Source: Clostridia bacterium
GTDB lineage: Bacteria; Bacillota; Clostridia; Oscillospirales; CAG-272
Length of the DNA stretch: 64,000 bases
NCBI GenBank assembly: GCA_017462795.1
Contig: JAFTQL010000035.1
Location: 62,360-126,359, forward strand
Direction: 5' to 3'
Shown: in pieces, positions 45,612 through 53,676 of the stretch
Layout of the letters: the number at the start of each line of letters is the position of its first letter
Numbering within the stretch: position 1 is the stretch's first letter
Notes under the pieces: generated by a model
Databases searched by the model: none
What the model saw: only the letters and a program-made list of their open reading frames with translations
What the model was told of the DNA's origin: nothing
Made by a program: the position numbers and the translations under genes

Positions 45612-47093
45612 TTAGTTTGCAACGCCGAGGAGCTTTGCGCTCAGAGCCTTGATGTTCGCCTCTACCTCGGGGAGCTTGTCATTGATGTAGCCTTCCCATG
45701 TCTCGCTGTTCTCAAGACATCTTCCGGGCATATCGCAGACATACTTTGTCTCCTGTGCGTAGATTCTCGCGCAGTCAAACCAAGCGGTGTCACGGATAAG
45801 TGTGAGCATCTCACTCATCTCAGCAGATGTTGCGCGCAGATACTTCATACACTCGTCAAAGATAACGGGTGTGGTCTGACGGTAGCCCTCGCTGGAGAGG
45901 CACTCAAGTGTTCCCGTAACCTCTGCCATGCGGCTCTCGGGTACGTTCGCCATGATACCGTAAAGTGTTATTGGCTGACGAATGGTGGAGTAATATGTCT
46001 CCTGATCGCTGTCATACTTTGGCAGCGGAACGCATCCGTACTCAAAGCTTACGTCCGCAAGATCATTGAGTCCCGCCGCGCTCTCGGTTATAAAGAACGC
46101 CGCCTTGCCGGCGCGGAAGCCGTCTATGCTTGCGTCAACAAACGCGATGTTGTTGGTGATAGCGTCGGAAAGCTTGGTCATTACATTGATAGCCTTCTCG
46201 CCCTTGTAGGTGTCATCCATTACAAATCCGCCTGCGGCATCTCTTGCAACTATCGGAATATCGCATCCATGAAGAACTGCGGGCCACGCGTAGTAAGAAC
46301 CTACGATACCCAGACGGTCCTCAACATCGGCAACACCGTTTTCGTTAAGGTCACTGTATATGTTCTTGTTGAGATTGAGCATGGATTCAAGTGTCCACTG
46401 ATTCTTCTCAACCAGGGAGTAGGGAGACTCCAGCTCTCTGTCTTTGAGCATATCGGCATTGAAATACATGCAATATGTCATCTGAATAAGGTTGGTGGAT
46501 ACGTCACCTGTACAGAAGTAGAAGGTATCGCCGACCGCTGTGTTTTCAATTACGTCCTGAGACCACCAGGGCTCATCAAAATCGAGGTAACTGTCTTTAA
46601 TACCGCTCAGATCCATAAGCAGACCCGCGCTTGCGCAGAGCGCTGTGCTTCTCGTATAAGACGCGATAATATCCCAATATTCGCCGCCGTTGTACGCATT
46701 GAGCACCTTGGTCTTATAGTCGCCGCAGTACTTAACGCTTCCGAGAGTTTCCTCAAAGACAAGCGTTACGCCCATACGGCTCTCAACTGTCTCGTTTCTC
46801 CAGAAGATGGCATTGTCCACTACGTTGTTTCCATACTCTACCTCAAATTCCGAATACTCGGAATTCCAGCAAAGAATGTTGACCTCGTCGGAATGGAAAT
46901 TCATCTCCGGCAGGGAATCCATTTTGTAGCCGTTCTTGTCGTACAAAATATCATCACCCGAAGTTCCTATCACTCCGTCCATGCTCTGCTCGGTATCGCC
47001 TCCGTCGCCCTTACATCCGGCAAATACCGCCAGAACAAGCGCCAGCGAAAGCATAAGCAACGCGATCCGAACAAGTCTTGTTTTGTTTCTCAT
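45612..47093 (-). CDS. Cassette C lipoprotein, solute-binding-protein-like (orphan)
   Basis: 493 aa. Lipobox VFAGC|KG. GGAGG RBS. Paralogous to 10909-12444 and 32000-33466. Confidence 0.75.
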   Translation of the reverse strand: MRNKTRLVRIALLMLSLALVLAVFAGCKGDGGDTEQSMDGVIGTSGDDILYDKNGYKMDSLPEMNFHSDEVNILCWNSEYSEFEVEYGNNVVDNAIFWRNETVESRMGVTLVFEETLGSVKYCGDYKTKVLNAYNGGEYWDIIASYTRSTALCASAGLLMDLSGIKDSYLDFDEPWWSQDVIENTAVGDTFYFCTGDVSTNLIQMTYCMYFNADMLKDRELESPYSLVEKNQWTLESMLNLNKNIYSDLNENGVADVEDRLGIVGSYYAWPAVLHGCDIPIVARDAAGGFVMDDTYKGEKAINVMTKLSDAITNNIAFVDASIDGFRAGKAAFFITESAAGLNDLADVSFEYGCVPLPKYDSDQETYYSTIRQPITLYGIMANVPESRMAEVTGTLECLSSEGYRQTTPVIFDECMKYLRATSAEMSEMLTLIRDTAWFDCARIYAQETKYVCDMPGRCLENSETWEGYINDKLPEVEANIKALSAKLLGVAN

Positions 47094-47217
47094 ACAAAAC
47101 CTCCATTTTTTATTTTTATTTAAATTTTCCCTTAGGAAAATATTAAATCCTTATATAGCTGTTTTGTTAAACTTAAGCGTTTATATTGGCTATATGATTG
47201 GACATATTCTACACTTA

Positions 47218-47246
47218 ATTATATATGTTTTTTACAAACGTGTCAA
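47218..47246 (-). promoter_or_regulatory. Consensus sigma-A promoter for cassette C
   Basis: Minus strand reads TTGTTGACA-cgtttgtaaaaaacata-TATAAT, a perfect -35 and -10 with 17-nt spacing, ~125 nt upstream of the 47093 start. Confidence 0.7.
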
Positions 47247-47287
47247 CAACATATGAAGTTGGGGGGTACACTGCTTTTGAAAATATG

Positions 47288-48583
47288 CTAAATATTTATA
47301 TTAACCGTCTTTTTCAAGCGGCTCATATAATCCTCCATGGAAATTACACTTCCTTCGCGTCTCGATTCCTCCGCCGCAAAGGTCACATAATGATTTTCCA
47401 TAGAAGTGGAAATATCCGTAACGGAATTACCGCTGTAAGTGCCGCTCAAATAAGAGCAGAATGTACGGATGATCCCTCTGTCTCCTCCTCCGTGTCCGCC
47501 TGTGATCTCCTCATCAAGCACCGCGTCGGCAACCTTGATCATTGTCGTCTTTCCTGTCTCAAACTCAAACAGAGTCACTGCCTCGTCCGACATTGCCGCG
47601 CGAAGCTCTCCCTTTGTACCCATAATATGTATCCTTCTGCCGCCCTCATTGAACGCGCTCATGGTAAAGGAAACGGTAGCTCCGCTTTGATATTCCAGAT
47701 TCACCACCTGATGATCTACCACGTCGTTATCGCACCCAAACACGCACCTGCCGTAATTTGTGGCGGTCAGTGTGTGGCGGATATCCTCCTCCGTGGCGTC
47801 ATGCTTTTTTGTAGCTCTTGCCACATATGAAGGATTTACTTCCTTGTTATATATCTTCAATGCGCTGTAGGGACATTGCTTTTCTTCGGGACAGCCCTGA
47901 TAGCAGTATTCGGGTGCGCCCTCGGGTCTGTTCTCCGATTTGAAATAGCTCAGAGAACCAAAGCTCTGCACGCGTGTGCATTTCTCTCCCAAAAGCCATT
48001 GAATAATATCGATATCATGACAGCTCTTGGCAAGTATCATAGGCGTACTTTCCGCTTCATTGCGCCAGTTTCCGCGCACATAGCTGTGGCTCTGGTGTAT
48101 ATGTCCCACTCCCTCAAGATGTATAACATTGATGATCCTTCCCAATCTTCCCTCGTCAATTATCTGCTTAAGAGTGCGAAAAAAGGGAGTAAAGCGCAAT
48201 ACATGGCAGACCACCGCCTCAACGCCCTTCTCATTCGCCGCCTTTGCGATCTTCATACATTCCTCGGGCGTAGGCGCGGCGGGCTTTTCCAAAAGCAGAT
48301 GATATCCAAGGGAAATTGCTTTCATCGCAGGCTCAACGTGCATTTTGTCCTGCGTCGCGATGATGGCGGCATCCGCCATTCTTGGCTGATCCAATATTTT
48401 CTCCCAGCTGTCAAAGCAAGCGATGTCGGGCAAAGAAAATTTATCCTTTATATAATTTCTTCTTACGGGATCGGGATCGGCAACGCCCACAAGCTCAAAT
48501 TCGGGACAGCTCTCAGCTCCATGCCTTACATATGTAGTACCGCGGTTTCCCGCTCCTATCAATATCATCTTGATCTTTTTCAC
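47288..48583 (-). CDS. Gfo/Idh/MocA-family oxidoreductase (paralogue of 5474-6757)
   Basis: 431 aa. GTG start with GGAG 8 nt upstream. KMILIGAGNRGTTY, LLLEKPAAPT, YCYQGCPEEKQCPYS and RCVFGCDND. Confidence 0.8.
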   Translation of the reverse strand: MKKIKMILIGAGNRGTTYVRHGAESCPEFELVGVADPDPVRRNYIKDKFSLPDIACFDSWEKILDQPRMADAAIIATQDKMHVEPAMKAISLGYHLLLEKPAAPTPEECMKIAKAANEKGVEAVVCHVLRFTPFFRTLKQIIDEGRLGRIINVIHLEGVGHIHQSHSYVRGNWRNEAESTPMILAKSCHDIDIIQWLLGEKCTRVQSFGSLSYFKSENRPEGAPEYCYQGCPEEKQCPYSALKIYNKEVNPSYVARATKKHDATEEDIRHTLTATNYGRCVFGCDNDVVDHQVVNLEYQSGATVSFTMSAFNEGGRRIHIMGTKGELRAAMSDEAVTLFEFETGKTTMIKVADAVLDEEITGGHGGGDRGIIRTFCSYLSGTYSGNSVTDISTSMENHYVTFAAEESRREGSVISMEDYMSRLKKTVNINI

Positions 48584-48647
48584 TGTTGATTCTCCTGTTC
48601 AGATTTAATATTCCTTTATAATTACCGCTATTTATCCGCTTGCAAAT

Positions 48648-48676
48648 ATTATATTCGCTTTTTACACAAATGTCAA
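48648..48676 (-). promoter_or_regulatory. Consensus sigma-A promoter for 47288-48583
   Basis: Minus strand reads TTGTTGACA-tttgtgtaaaaagcgaa-TATAAT, a perfect -35 and -10 with 17-nt spacing. Confidence 0.7.
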
Positions 48677-48695
48677 CAATATAATAAATTAGGGG

Positions 48696-48724
48696 TTGCG
48701 CTAACTTTAAAAGTATGCTATAAT
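48696..48724 (+). promoter_or_regulatory. Candidate promoter of the LysR gene
   Basis: TTGCGC-17 nt-TATAAT with an extended -10 TGc. It is divergent from the 48648-48676 promoter. Confidence 0.5.
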
Positions 48725-48773
48725 ATAATAGCCCCCCGGGTAAAGCTAAATATCGGTATAAAGGAGCAAGAAA

Positions 48774-49625
48774 ATGGAACTATTACAGCTACACTATTTT
48801 TTTGACAGCGCCAAGACAGAAAGCTTTGCAAAAACAGCGGAGAAATACATGGTTCCGCCCACCTCGGTATCAGCGTCGGTAAAAAGACTTGAAAAGGAGC
48901 TTGGCTGTTCCCTCTTTGACAGATCCTGCAACAGGATAGTATTAAACGACAACGGCAAAAGACTGCAGCAATCCCTGTGCGTCATATTCGAGGAGCTCGA
49001 CTCCGCGGTAAACAGCCTGTCCACCGCCGCGTCCTCAGACAAACGCGAGATAACACTGCTGGTCCGCGCAATGCGAAACACTATCACCGAAAATATTATT
49101 GAGTACAAAACAAAAAATCCCATGATAGGGTTTAAAACAGGCTTTGATTTTTCGGACAACGATTACGAAAACTACGATATAATCATCGACGACCAGACAA
49201 ACACCTATCAGGAATACGAGAAGTTTGAGCTTTGCAGTCTGCGTCTCCGGATAATCGCTTCCATAAACAGTCCTCTCTGCGAAAAACAGCTCACGCTGAA
49301 GCAGCTTTACAATCAGCATTTTATCACCTTCGGCGAGCAGAGCAATCTGCATAACATTCTCATAAGATCCTGCAAGCGTGCAGGCTTTACGCCAAACATC
49401 GTTATCCAAACCAACGACAACATGTGCTATAAAACGTGGATAGCCTCCGGGCTTGTGCTGGGACTCAGCAGAGATTACCCCCATAAGCGTCCCGACGGCG
49501 TAACGCAGGCTCTGGACATAAAGGACTTCAACGAGCGTCAGACTATCTGCGTGCATTACAAAAAGCAATCCGCTTACGGCAATGTAAAACACTTTCTTGA
49601 CTTCCTCAGAAGCAAATCTCTGTGA
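48774..49625 (+). CDS. LysR-family transcriptional regulator
   Basis: 283 aa. N-terminal wHTH: LQLHYFFDSAKTESFAKTAEKYMVPPTSVSASVKRLEKELGCSLFDR. Confidence 0.8.
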   Translation: MELLQLHYFFDSAKTESFAKTAEKYMVPPTSVSASVKRLEKELGCSLFDRSCNRIVLNDNGKRLQQSLCVIFEELDSAVNSLSTAASSDKREITLLVRAMRNTITENIIEYKTKNPMIGFKTGFDFSDNDYENYDIIIDDQTNTYQEYEKFELCSLRLRIIASINSPLCEKQLTLKQLYNQHFITFGEQSNLHNILIRSCKRAGFTPNIVIQTNDNMCYKTWIASGLVLGLSRDYPHKRPDGVTQALDIKDFNERQTICVHYKKQSAYGNVKHFLDFLRSKSL

Positions 49626-49644
49626 GAATAATACACAAGACAGC

Positions 49645-49679
49645 AAAAGCTGTCATGGGCGCGCCCATGACAGCTTTTT
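49645..49679. terminator. Bidirectional terminator between convergent LysR and SDR genes
   Basis: Near-perfect palindrome AAAAGCTGTCATGGGCG|CGCCCATGACAGCTTTTT. Confidence 0.8.
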
Positions 49680-49694
49680 GATATTATTAAGTTA

Positions 49695-50474
49695 TTATTT
49701 CCACAGCTCACGATTGATATTTGGCGTAAGCTGAGCAAGCATTCCGCCATCTACGGCAAGCTCGGTGCCTGTGGTGTTTCGCGACTGATCACTGCCGAAG
49801 TACCACGCCGCGTTGGCAACATCCTCAAACTCCGCTATGTCGTGTATGGGAGTGTAGTTAGGCAGGCAGTATTTGGCGTTGTTCACATTATTGATCCACC
49901 GCTCGGTCTTTATCATTCCCGGAAGTACTACATTGGAGCGGATACCGTATTTGCCCCAATCCACGGCAAAGGATCTTGACATGGCTATGATAGCGTTCTT
50001 GGACGAGCAATATGCGCAACGGTTTTCGGTCACGCGGATTGCGGAATTTGAGCCGATAAATACGATAGATCCCTTTCCCTTTTCCCGCATCTGCTTTGCG
50101 GCTTCTCTGGACATGAGAAAATTCCAGCCTATATTGGTTGTATATACACCCATAAAATCATTTATGTCCACATCCATGCTGACCTGACCGATACCGAGAT
50201 TGGCGGCGTTCAGCACCAGCGTATCCAGAAGATATCCCATTCCGCGGATATCGTCAAATATCGCCCTTACCTCATCTTCTCTGAGCTCCGCCGTCTGATA
50301 TTCATATCCCTTGGAAAAAACGCCATACTGTTCGCTCAGCTTTTTTGCGGCTTCCGCTGAATTTTCCTTATAACGGCTCCCGATAAATACATCATATCCC
50401 TCTTTGGCAAAGCGCTCGGCAATGGCATATCCCGTGCCGTTGGTCGCGCCGGTCACAAACACAGATCTCTTCAT
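49695..50474 (-). CDS. Short-chain dehydrogenase/reductase (SDR)
   Basis: 259 aa. VFVTGATNGTGYAIA (TGxxxGxG) and the catalytic YCSSK. Its start overlaps the stop of the upstream gene (ATGA). Confidence 0.85.
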   Translation of the reverse strand: MKRSVFVTGATNGTGYAIAERFAKEGYDVFIGSRYKENSAEAAKKLSEQYGVFSKGYEYQTAELREDEVRAIFDDIRGMGYLLDTLVLNAANLGIGQVSMDVDINDFMGVYTTNIGWNFLMSREAAKQMREKGKGSIVFIGSNSAIRVTENRCAYCSSKNAIIAMSRSFAVDWGKYGIRSNVVLPGMIKTERWINNVNNAKYCLPNYTPIHDIAEFEDVANAAWYFGSDQSRNTTGTELAVDGGMLAQLTPNINRELWK

Positions 50475-51586
50475 ATCCCACGCTCCTTATTATCTCTCTC
50501 AAAATCCTTGTCCGCCTCTTGGCTGAAGCGCTTGATGACATCTATCTCCTTCGGATCATAGGGTCTGTGATTGGGTCTGTAAAGGTCATGAAACCATTTG
50601 GTGAAATCAACATCCTCGGATGGGTCTGCCGCATACTTCTGCCATGTGCTTTCCCAAGGCTCGTAGGTCTGGTATTTTCCCGCCACAAAGCCCCAGTTAT
50701 AGCAACCGATCTTCTCAAGGTAGAACAGCGGAAACAGATCGAACACGGTATTGTGCAGACAGCGTCCCAACCACTCGGTATTGATGATGGGTCTGCCATA
50801 CTTTTTAAGACGCTTGATGATCATGACATGCTCATTATATTCCTTATAGCAATGGTACGAAATGATATCGGAGTTATCAAGAGCGTACTGCTCCACCTCG
50901 GGAAGCGGCTCGTTTTCGTCTCCTCTCATTCTCCATACACCTGCCGTCAGAGGCTGTGTAGGCTCACAAGAGCGTACTGTCTCAAACATTCTTTTGAGAT
51001 TCGGCATGGTAAGCACGTCTCTCTGACGGTTACCCGGCTCATTATATACATCCCACATACAGATACGCTCATCATCGCGGTAAAGAGTGACTATCTCCTT
51101 TACCATACAGAAGTAGTCCTCTCTGCTCTCCGGATCGTCCAGATAAAAGTGAGGGTTGGTTCCCGTGGAGATAGCGTGCTGAGATCTTTTTCTGCCTCCG
51201 TGATAGCCCCAATCGTAGGTCTGCTCGCCCACGTAAGGCATACACCAACCGTCGCCCTTAGGCGGCATACAGTCGTTTGCCAGTGTGATCATACAGGATA
51301 TGCCGTACTTTGCGCAAAGGGACAGATATCTGTCAAAGCGCTCCAGAAAGCTGTCATGCTCCTCCTTCCATACCATGTATTCAATTATAAGGCGAACGGT
51401 ATTGAAGCCTGTCGCTTGCATCAGCGCCAGCTCCTCCTCCGTGGTCTTCATGCGCTCCTCAAATCCAAGCGCCTGCCACTGATCCACACGGTTTGCGCAA
51501 TCCGCGCTCATATAATTACATCCTCTGAGCCAAGGGCGGCCGTTATACCATTCCCATGCTTTTTCCTTGCTCCATCTGTTTTCCAT
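50471..51586 (-). CDS. Clan GH-A (GH5-like) glycosidase, cytoplasmic
   Basis: I prefer the ATG at 51586 (MENRWSKEKAWEWYNG, with GAGGAG 7 nt upstream). GFNTVRL, an acid/base-like WDVYNEPGN and a nucleophile-like IINTEWLG. Confidence 0.6.
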   Translation of the reverse strand: MENRWSKEKAWEWYNGRPWLRGCNYMSADCANRVDQWQALGFEERMKTTEEELALMQATGFNTVRLIIEYMVWKEEHDSFLERFDRYLSLCAKYGISCMITLANDCMPPKGDGWCMPYVGEQTYDWGYHGGRKRSQHAISTGTNPHFYLDDPESREDYFCMVKEIVTLYRDDERICMWDVYNEPGNRQRDVLTMPNLKRMFETVRSCEPTQPLTAGVWRMRGDENEPLPEVEQYALDNSDIISYHCYKEYNEHVMIIKRLKKYGRPIINTEWLGRCLHNTVFDLFPLFYLEKIGCYNWGFVAGKYQTYEPWESTWQKYAADPSEDVDFTKWFHDLYRPNHRPYDPKEIDVIKRFSQEADKDFERDNKERGI

Positions 51587-51614
51587 ATTATTTCTCCTCA
51601 ATTTAATTCTTTAT

Positions 51615-51836
51615 GATTGCAATATTGACTCTGTCTGCGTCGCTCCGCGACTTGCCAATCGCCGTGTTGCTGCTCTTCCTTTTTCCTCGCTTCTTCGCCC
51701 ACTGGGCGCGCTCGGTAACGTCTCCGATTGCAACATCGTCTCTGTCTGCGTCGCTCCGCGACTTGCCAATCGCCGTGTTGCTGCTCTTCCTTTTTCCTCG
51801 CTTCTTCGCCCACTGGGCGCGCTCGGAAACGTCACC
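51615..51836. repeat. Tandem direct repeat, 2 x 111 bp
   Basis: Copy 1 spans 51615-51725 and copy 2 spans 51726-51836. They differ at 5 positions, all near the unit ends. The repeat fills the enolase/GH5-like intergenic gap and overlaps the last 5 nt of the enolase-family gene. Confidence 0.9.
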
Positions 51837-52983
51837 AATCAGCTACACTGCCGTCTTCAAAATACTGACGGGGGGTTGTCCATTTTCCATCGTAAATTTT
51901 TTCTTTTATCGCTTCTTCGTCAAGCTCGACGCCAAGTCCCGGCTTTGTGGGGACGTCTATGTAACCGTTCTTTATCACAAAAGGCTCTTTTATATATCCC
52001 ACGCCAAGGTCACTCTTATCGGGATTTCCCGGATGCTCCTGAACCAGGAAATTCGGTGAGCATGCGTCAACCTGCAGGCATGATGCCAGAGATATAGGGC
52101 CAAGAGGATTGTGGGGCGCGATAGAGCCAAAGTAAAGCTCCATCATTGTGGCTATCTTCCGCCCCTCAAAAATACCGCCGCAATGGCAAATATCGGGCTG
52201 CACTATGCTGACAGCCTGCTTTTCTATAAGCTCTCTGTACTGCCACTTACCAAACAGCCTTTCTCCCGCCGCTATGGGTATCGTTGTGGAACGGGCTATG
52301 TTTACCATACAGTCCACATTCTCGGGAAGACAGGGCTCTTCGATAAAGAAGGGCATATAGGGCTTCAATTCCTCCGCAAGCCTCAGCGCCATAGCGGGGC
52401 TCACTCTGCCGTGAAAGTCTATTGCAAGGTCAACATCCCATCCGATATGCTCGCGTATTCTCGCGAAACGGTCAACGTGAGACTTGGTATTTGCGGGAGT
52501 GTCCACCTGCTTTATGGGGGGGATTATAGAGTATTTGAGAGCTGTGTACCCATCCGCAAGCCGCTCATCTGCTATTTTTATCATTTCCTCAACGGAAAAC
52601 TCGCCCACCACCGCCGTGCGCTTGATGTGAGTATACATTCTTATCTTATCTCTGCACTTACCGCCAAGCATCTCATATACGGGACAGTTGTAGTATTTAC
52701 CTTTAATGTCCCACATTGCCTGCTCGATACCGCTGATAGCGGACAGCATCAGAGGTCCGCCGCGGTAAAATCCGCCTCTGTATAGCGCCTGAAGATGATG
52801 CTCTATCATCATAGGGTCCTTGCCTATAAGATATTCCTCAAACTCCTTTATAACAGCTTCAACCGACGTACAATGTCCCTCAAGCACAGGCTCGCCGAGT
52901 CCTACAATATCTGTATCCGTATACATTTTCAGAAACATCCAGCGGGGCTTGACCTTGATGACCTCCAATTTTGTTATCTTCAT
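51832..52983 (-). CDS. Enolase-superfamily sugar-acid dehydratase (D-galactonate dehydratase-like)
   Basis: 383 aa. MKITKLEVIKVKPRWMFLKMYTDTDIVGLGEPV..GIEQAMWDIKGKYYNCPVYEMLGGK. GGAGG RBS. Confidence 0.85.
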   Translation of the reverse strand: MKITKLEVIKVKPRWMFLKMYTDTDIVGLGEPVLEGHCTSVEAVIKEFEEYLIGKDPMMIEHHLQALYRGGFYRGGPLMLSAISGIEQAMWDIKGKYYNCPVYEMLGGKCRDKIRMYTHIKRTAVVGEFSVEEMIKIADERLADGYTALKYSIIPPIKQVDTPANTKSHVDRFARIREHIGWDVDLAIDFHGRVSPAMALRLAEELKPYMPFFIEEPCLPENVDCMVNIARSTTIPIAAGERLFGKWQYRELIEKQAVSIVQPDICHCGGIFEGRKIATMMELYFGSIAPHNPLGPISLASCLQVDACSPNFLVQEHPGNPDKSDLGVGYIKEPFVIKNGYIDVPTKPGLGVELDEEAIKEKIYDGKWTTPRQYFEDGSVADW

Positions 52984-53004
52984 ACTTATTCCTCCTTAAA
53001 TGAT

Positions 53005-53676
53005 TTATATTTTTATCTCCTTGTAAAATTCGGGAACGATCTTCTTGTCATATGGGAACTCACTCATATCAAGCGAATCGAAAAGTCCGCAGTGAAGCGG
53101 TATCGCGACAGCGCCCAATCTCTCGCAAAGTCGCGCTCCGTCCGCAAAATTCATGTTGTTTCCGACACCGTTTACGGGCAGAAAAACATAATCAATATTC
53201 TCGGGGAGATCGGCAAATATATCAGTATTGTAAAGCGTATCGCCCGTAATGTAATAGGTCTTTCCCTCGGCATACATTATCACGCCAATCGCGTGTGTGT
53301 CCGAATGCGCCGCGTATACCGCGCAAAAGCGTATATCACCCTCGGTCCACTGTGTATGGCGGTCAAACATAACGTAATTATTGTTTCCTCCGAATTTACG
53401 GACAGTCTGCCAGGCATTCCCCGACGCAAGCACGCATACGCGAGATCCCTCCTTAAGATAATGTCTCAGGGTATCGGGATCGGTGTGGTCAAGATGGTTA
53501 TGGGTCAGCACGATAATATCGGGACAGATCTTGAGAAACCTCTCGTCCACCGCTACTCTTCGGCGGTTTTTGGGTTCTATCTTCTCCACACTGTCCGAAA
53601 GATAGGGATCGACGATAACTGTTTTCCCATCTGTCTCAAACATCAGCCCCGCCTGTCAAAGCCATGTTATTTTCAT
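53005..53676 (-). pseudogene. MBL-fold metallo-hydrolase with in-frame TGA at codon 7 (53656-53658); possible restart at Met12 (53643)
   Basis: Own translation from ATG 53676, which overlaps the upstream stop as ATGA: MKITWL*QAGLMFETDGK. The intact paralogue reads MKITWLGQAGLLFETENK, so the stop sits opposite Gly (GGA to TGA is one substitution). The HxHxDH motif LTHNHLDHTD is retained. Confidence 0.65.

Noticed and set aside
44634-47123. 829-aa + strand ORF, the longest in the window
   Set aside because: It runs antisense across two well-supported minus-strand genes that have RBSs, signal peptides and recognisable domains. Its translation is Cys/Arg/Val-rich with no motifs and no RBS. It is a shadow ORF, made possible because the sense genes rarely use codons whose complement is a stop.
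47221-48730. ~70-bp direct repeats flanking the Gfo/Idh/MocA gene as insertion or target-site duplication of a mobile cassette
   Set aside because: Both copies resolve into complete minus-strand consensus promoters (-35, 17 nt, -10). No recombinase or transposase is nearby and similarity is only moderate outside the promoter core.
51615-51836. CRISPR array
   Set aside because: There are only two directly abutting 111-bp copies, no spacers and no cas genes. The unit is far longer than a CRISPR repeat.
51598-51838. Repeat-containing ORFs (71 and 75 aa on the minus strand, plus the + strand ORFs 51567-52097 and 51613-52059) as real internally repeated proteins
   Set aside because: The unit length is a multiple of three, so any stop-free frame stays open across both copies. 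There are no RBSs, the products are implausibly charged or low-complexity, and they overlap the end of a real gene.
53656-53658. TGA read as Gly (alternative genetic code), because the stop aligns with Gly in the paralogue
   Set aside because: TGA is used as a genuine stop by many well-delimited genes here, for example 53673-54602, 51832-52983 and the small ORFs. A single GGA-to-TGA substitution or a sequencing error is far simpler.
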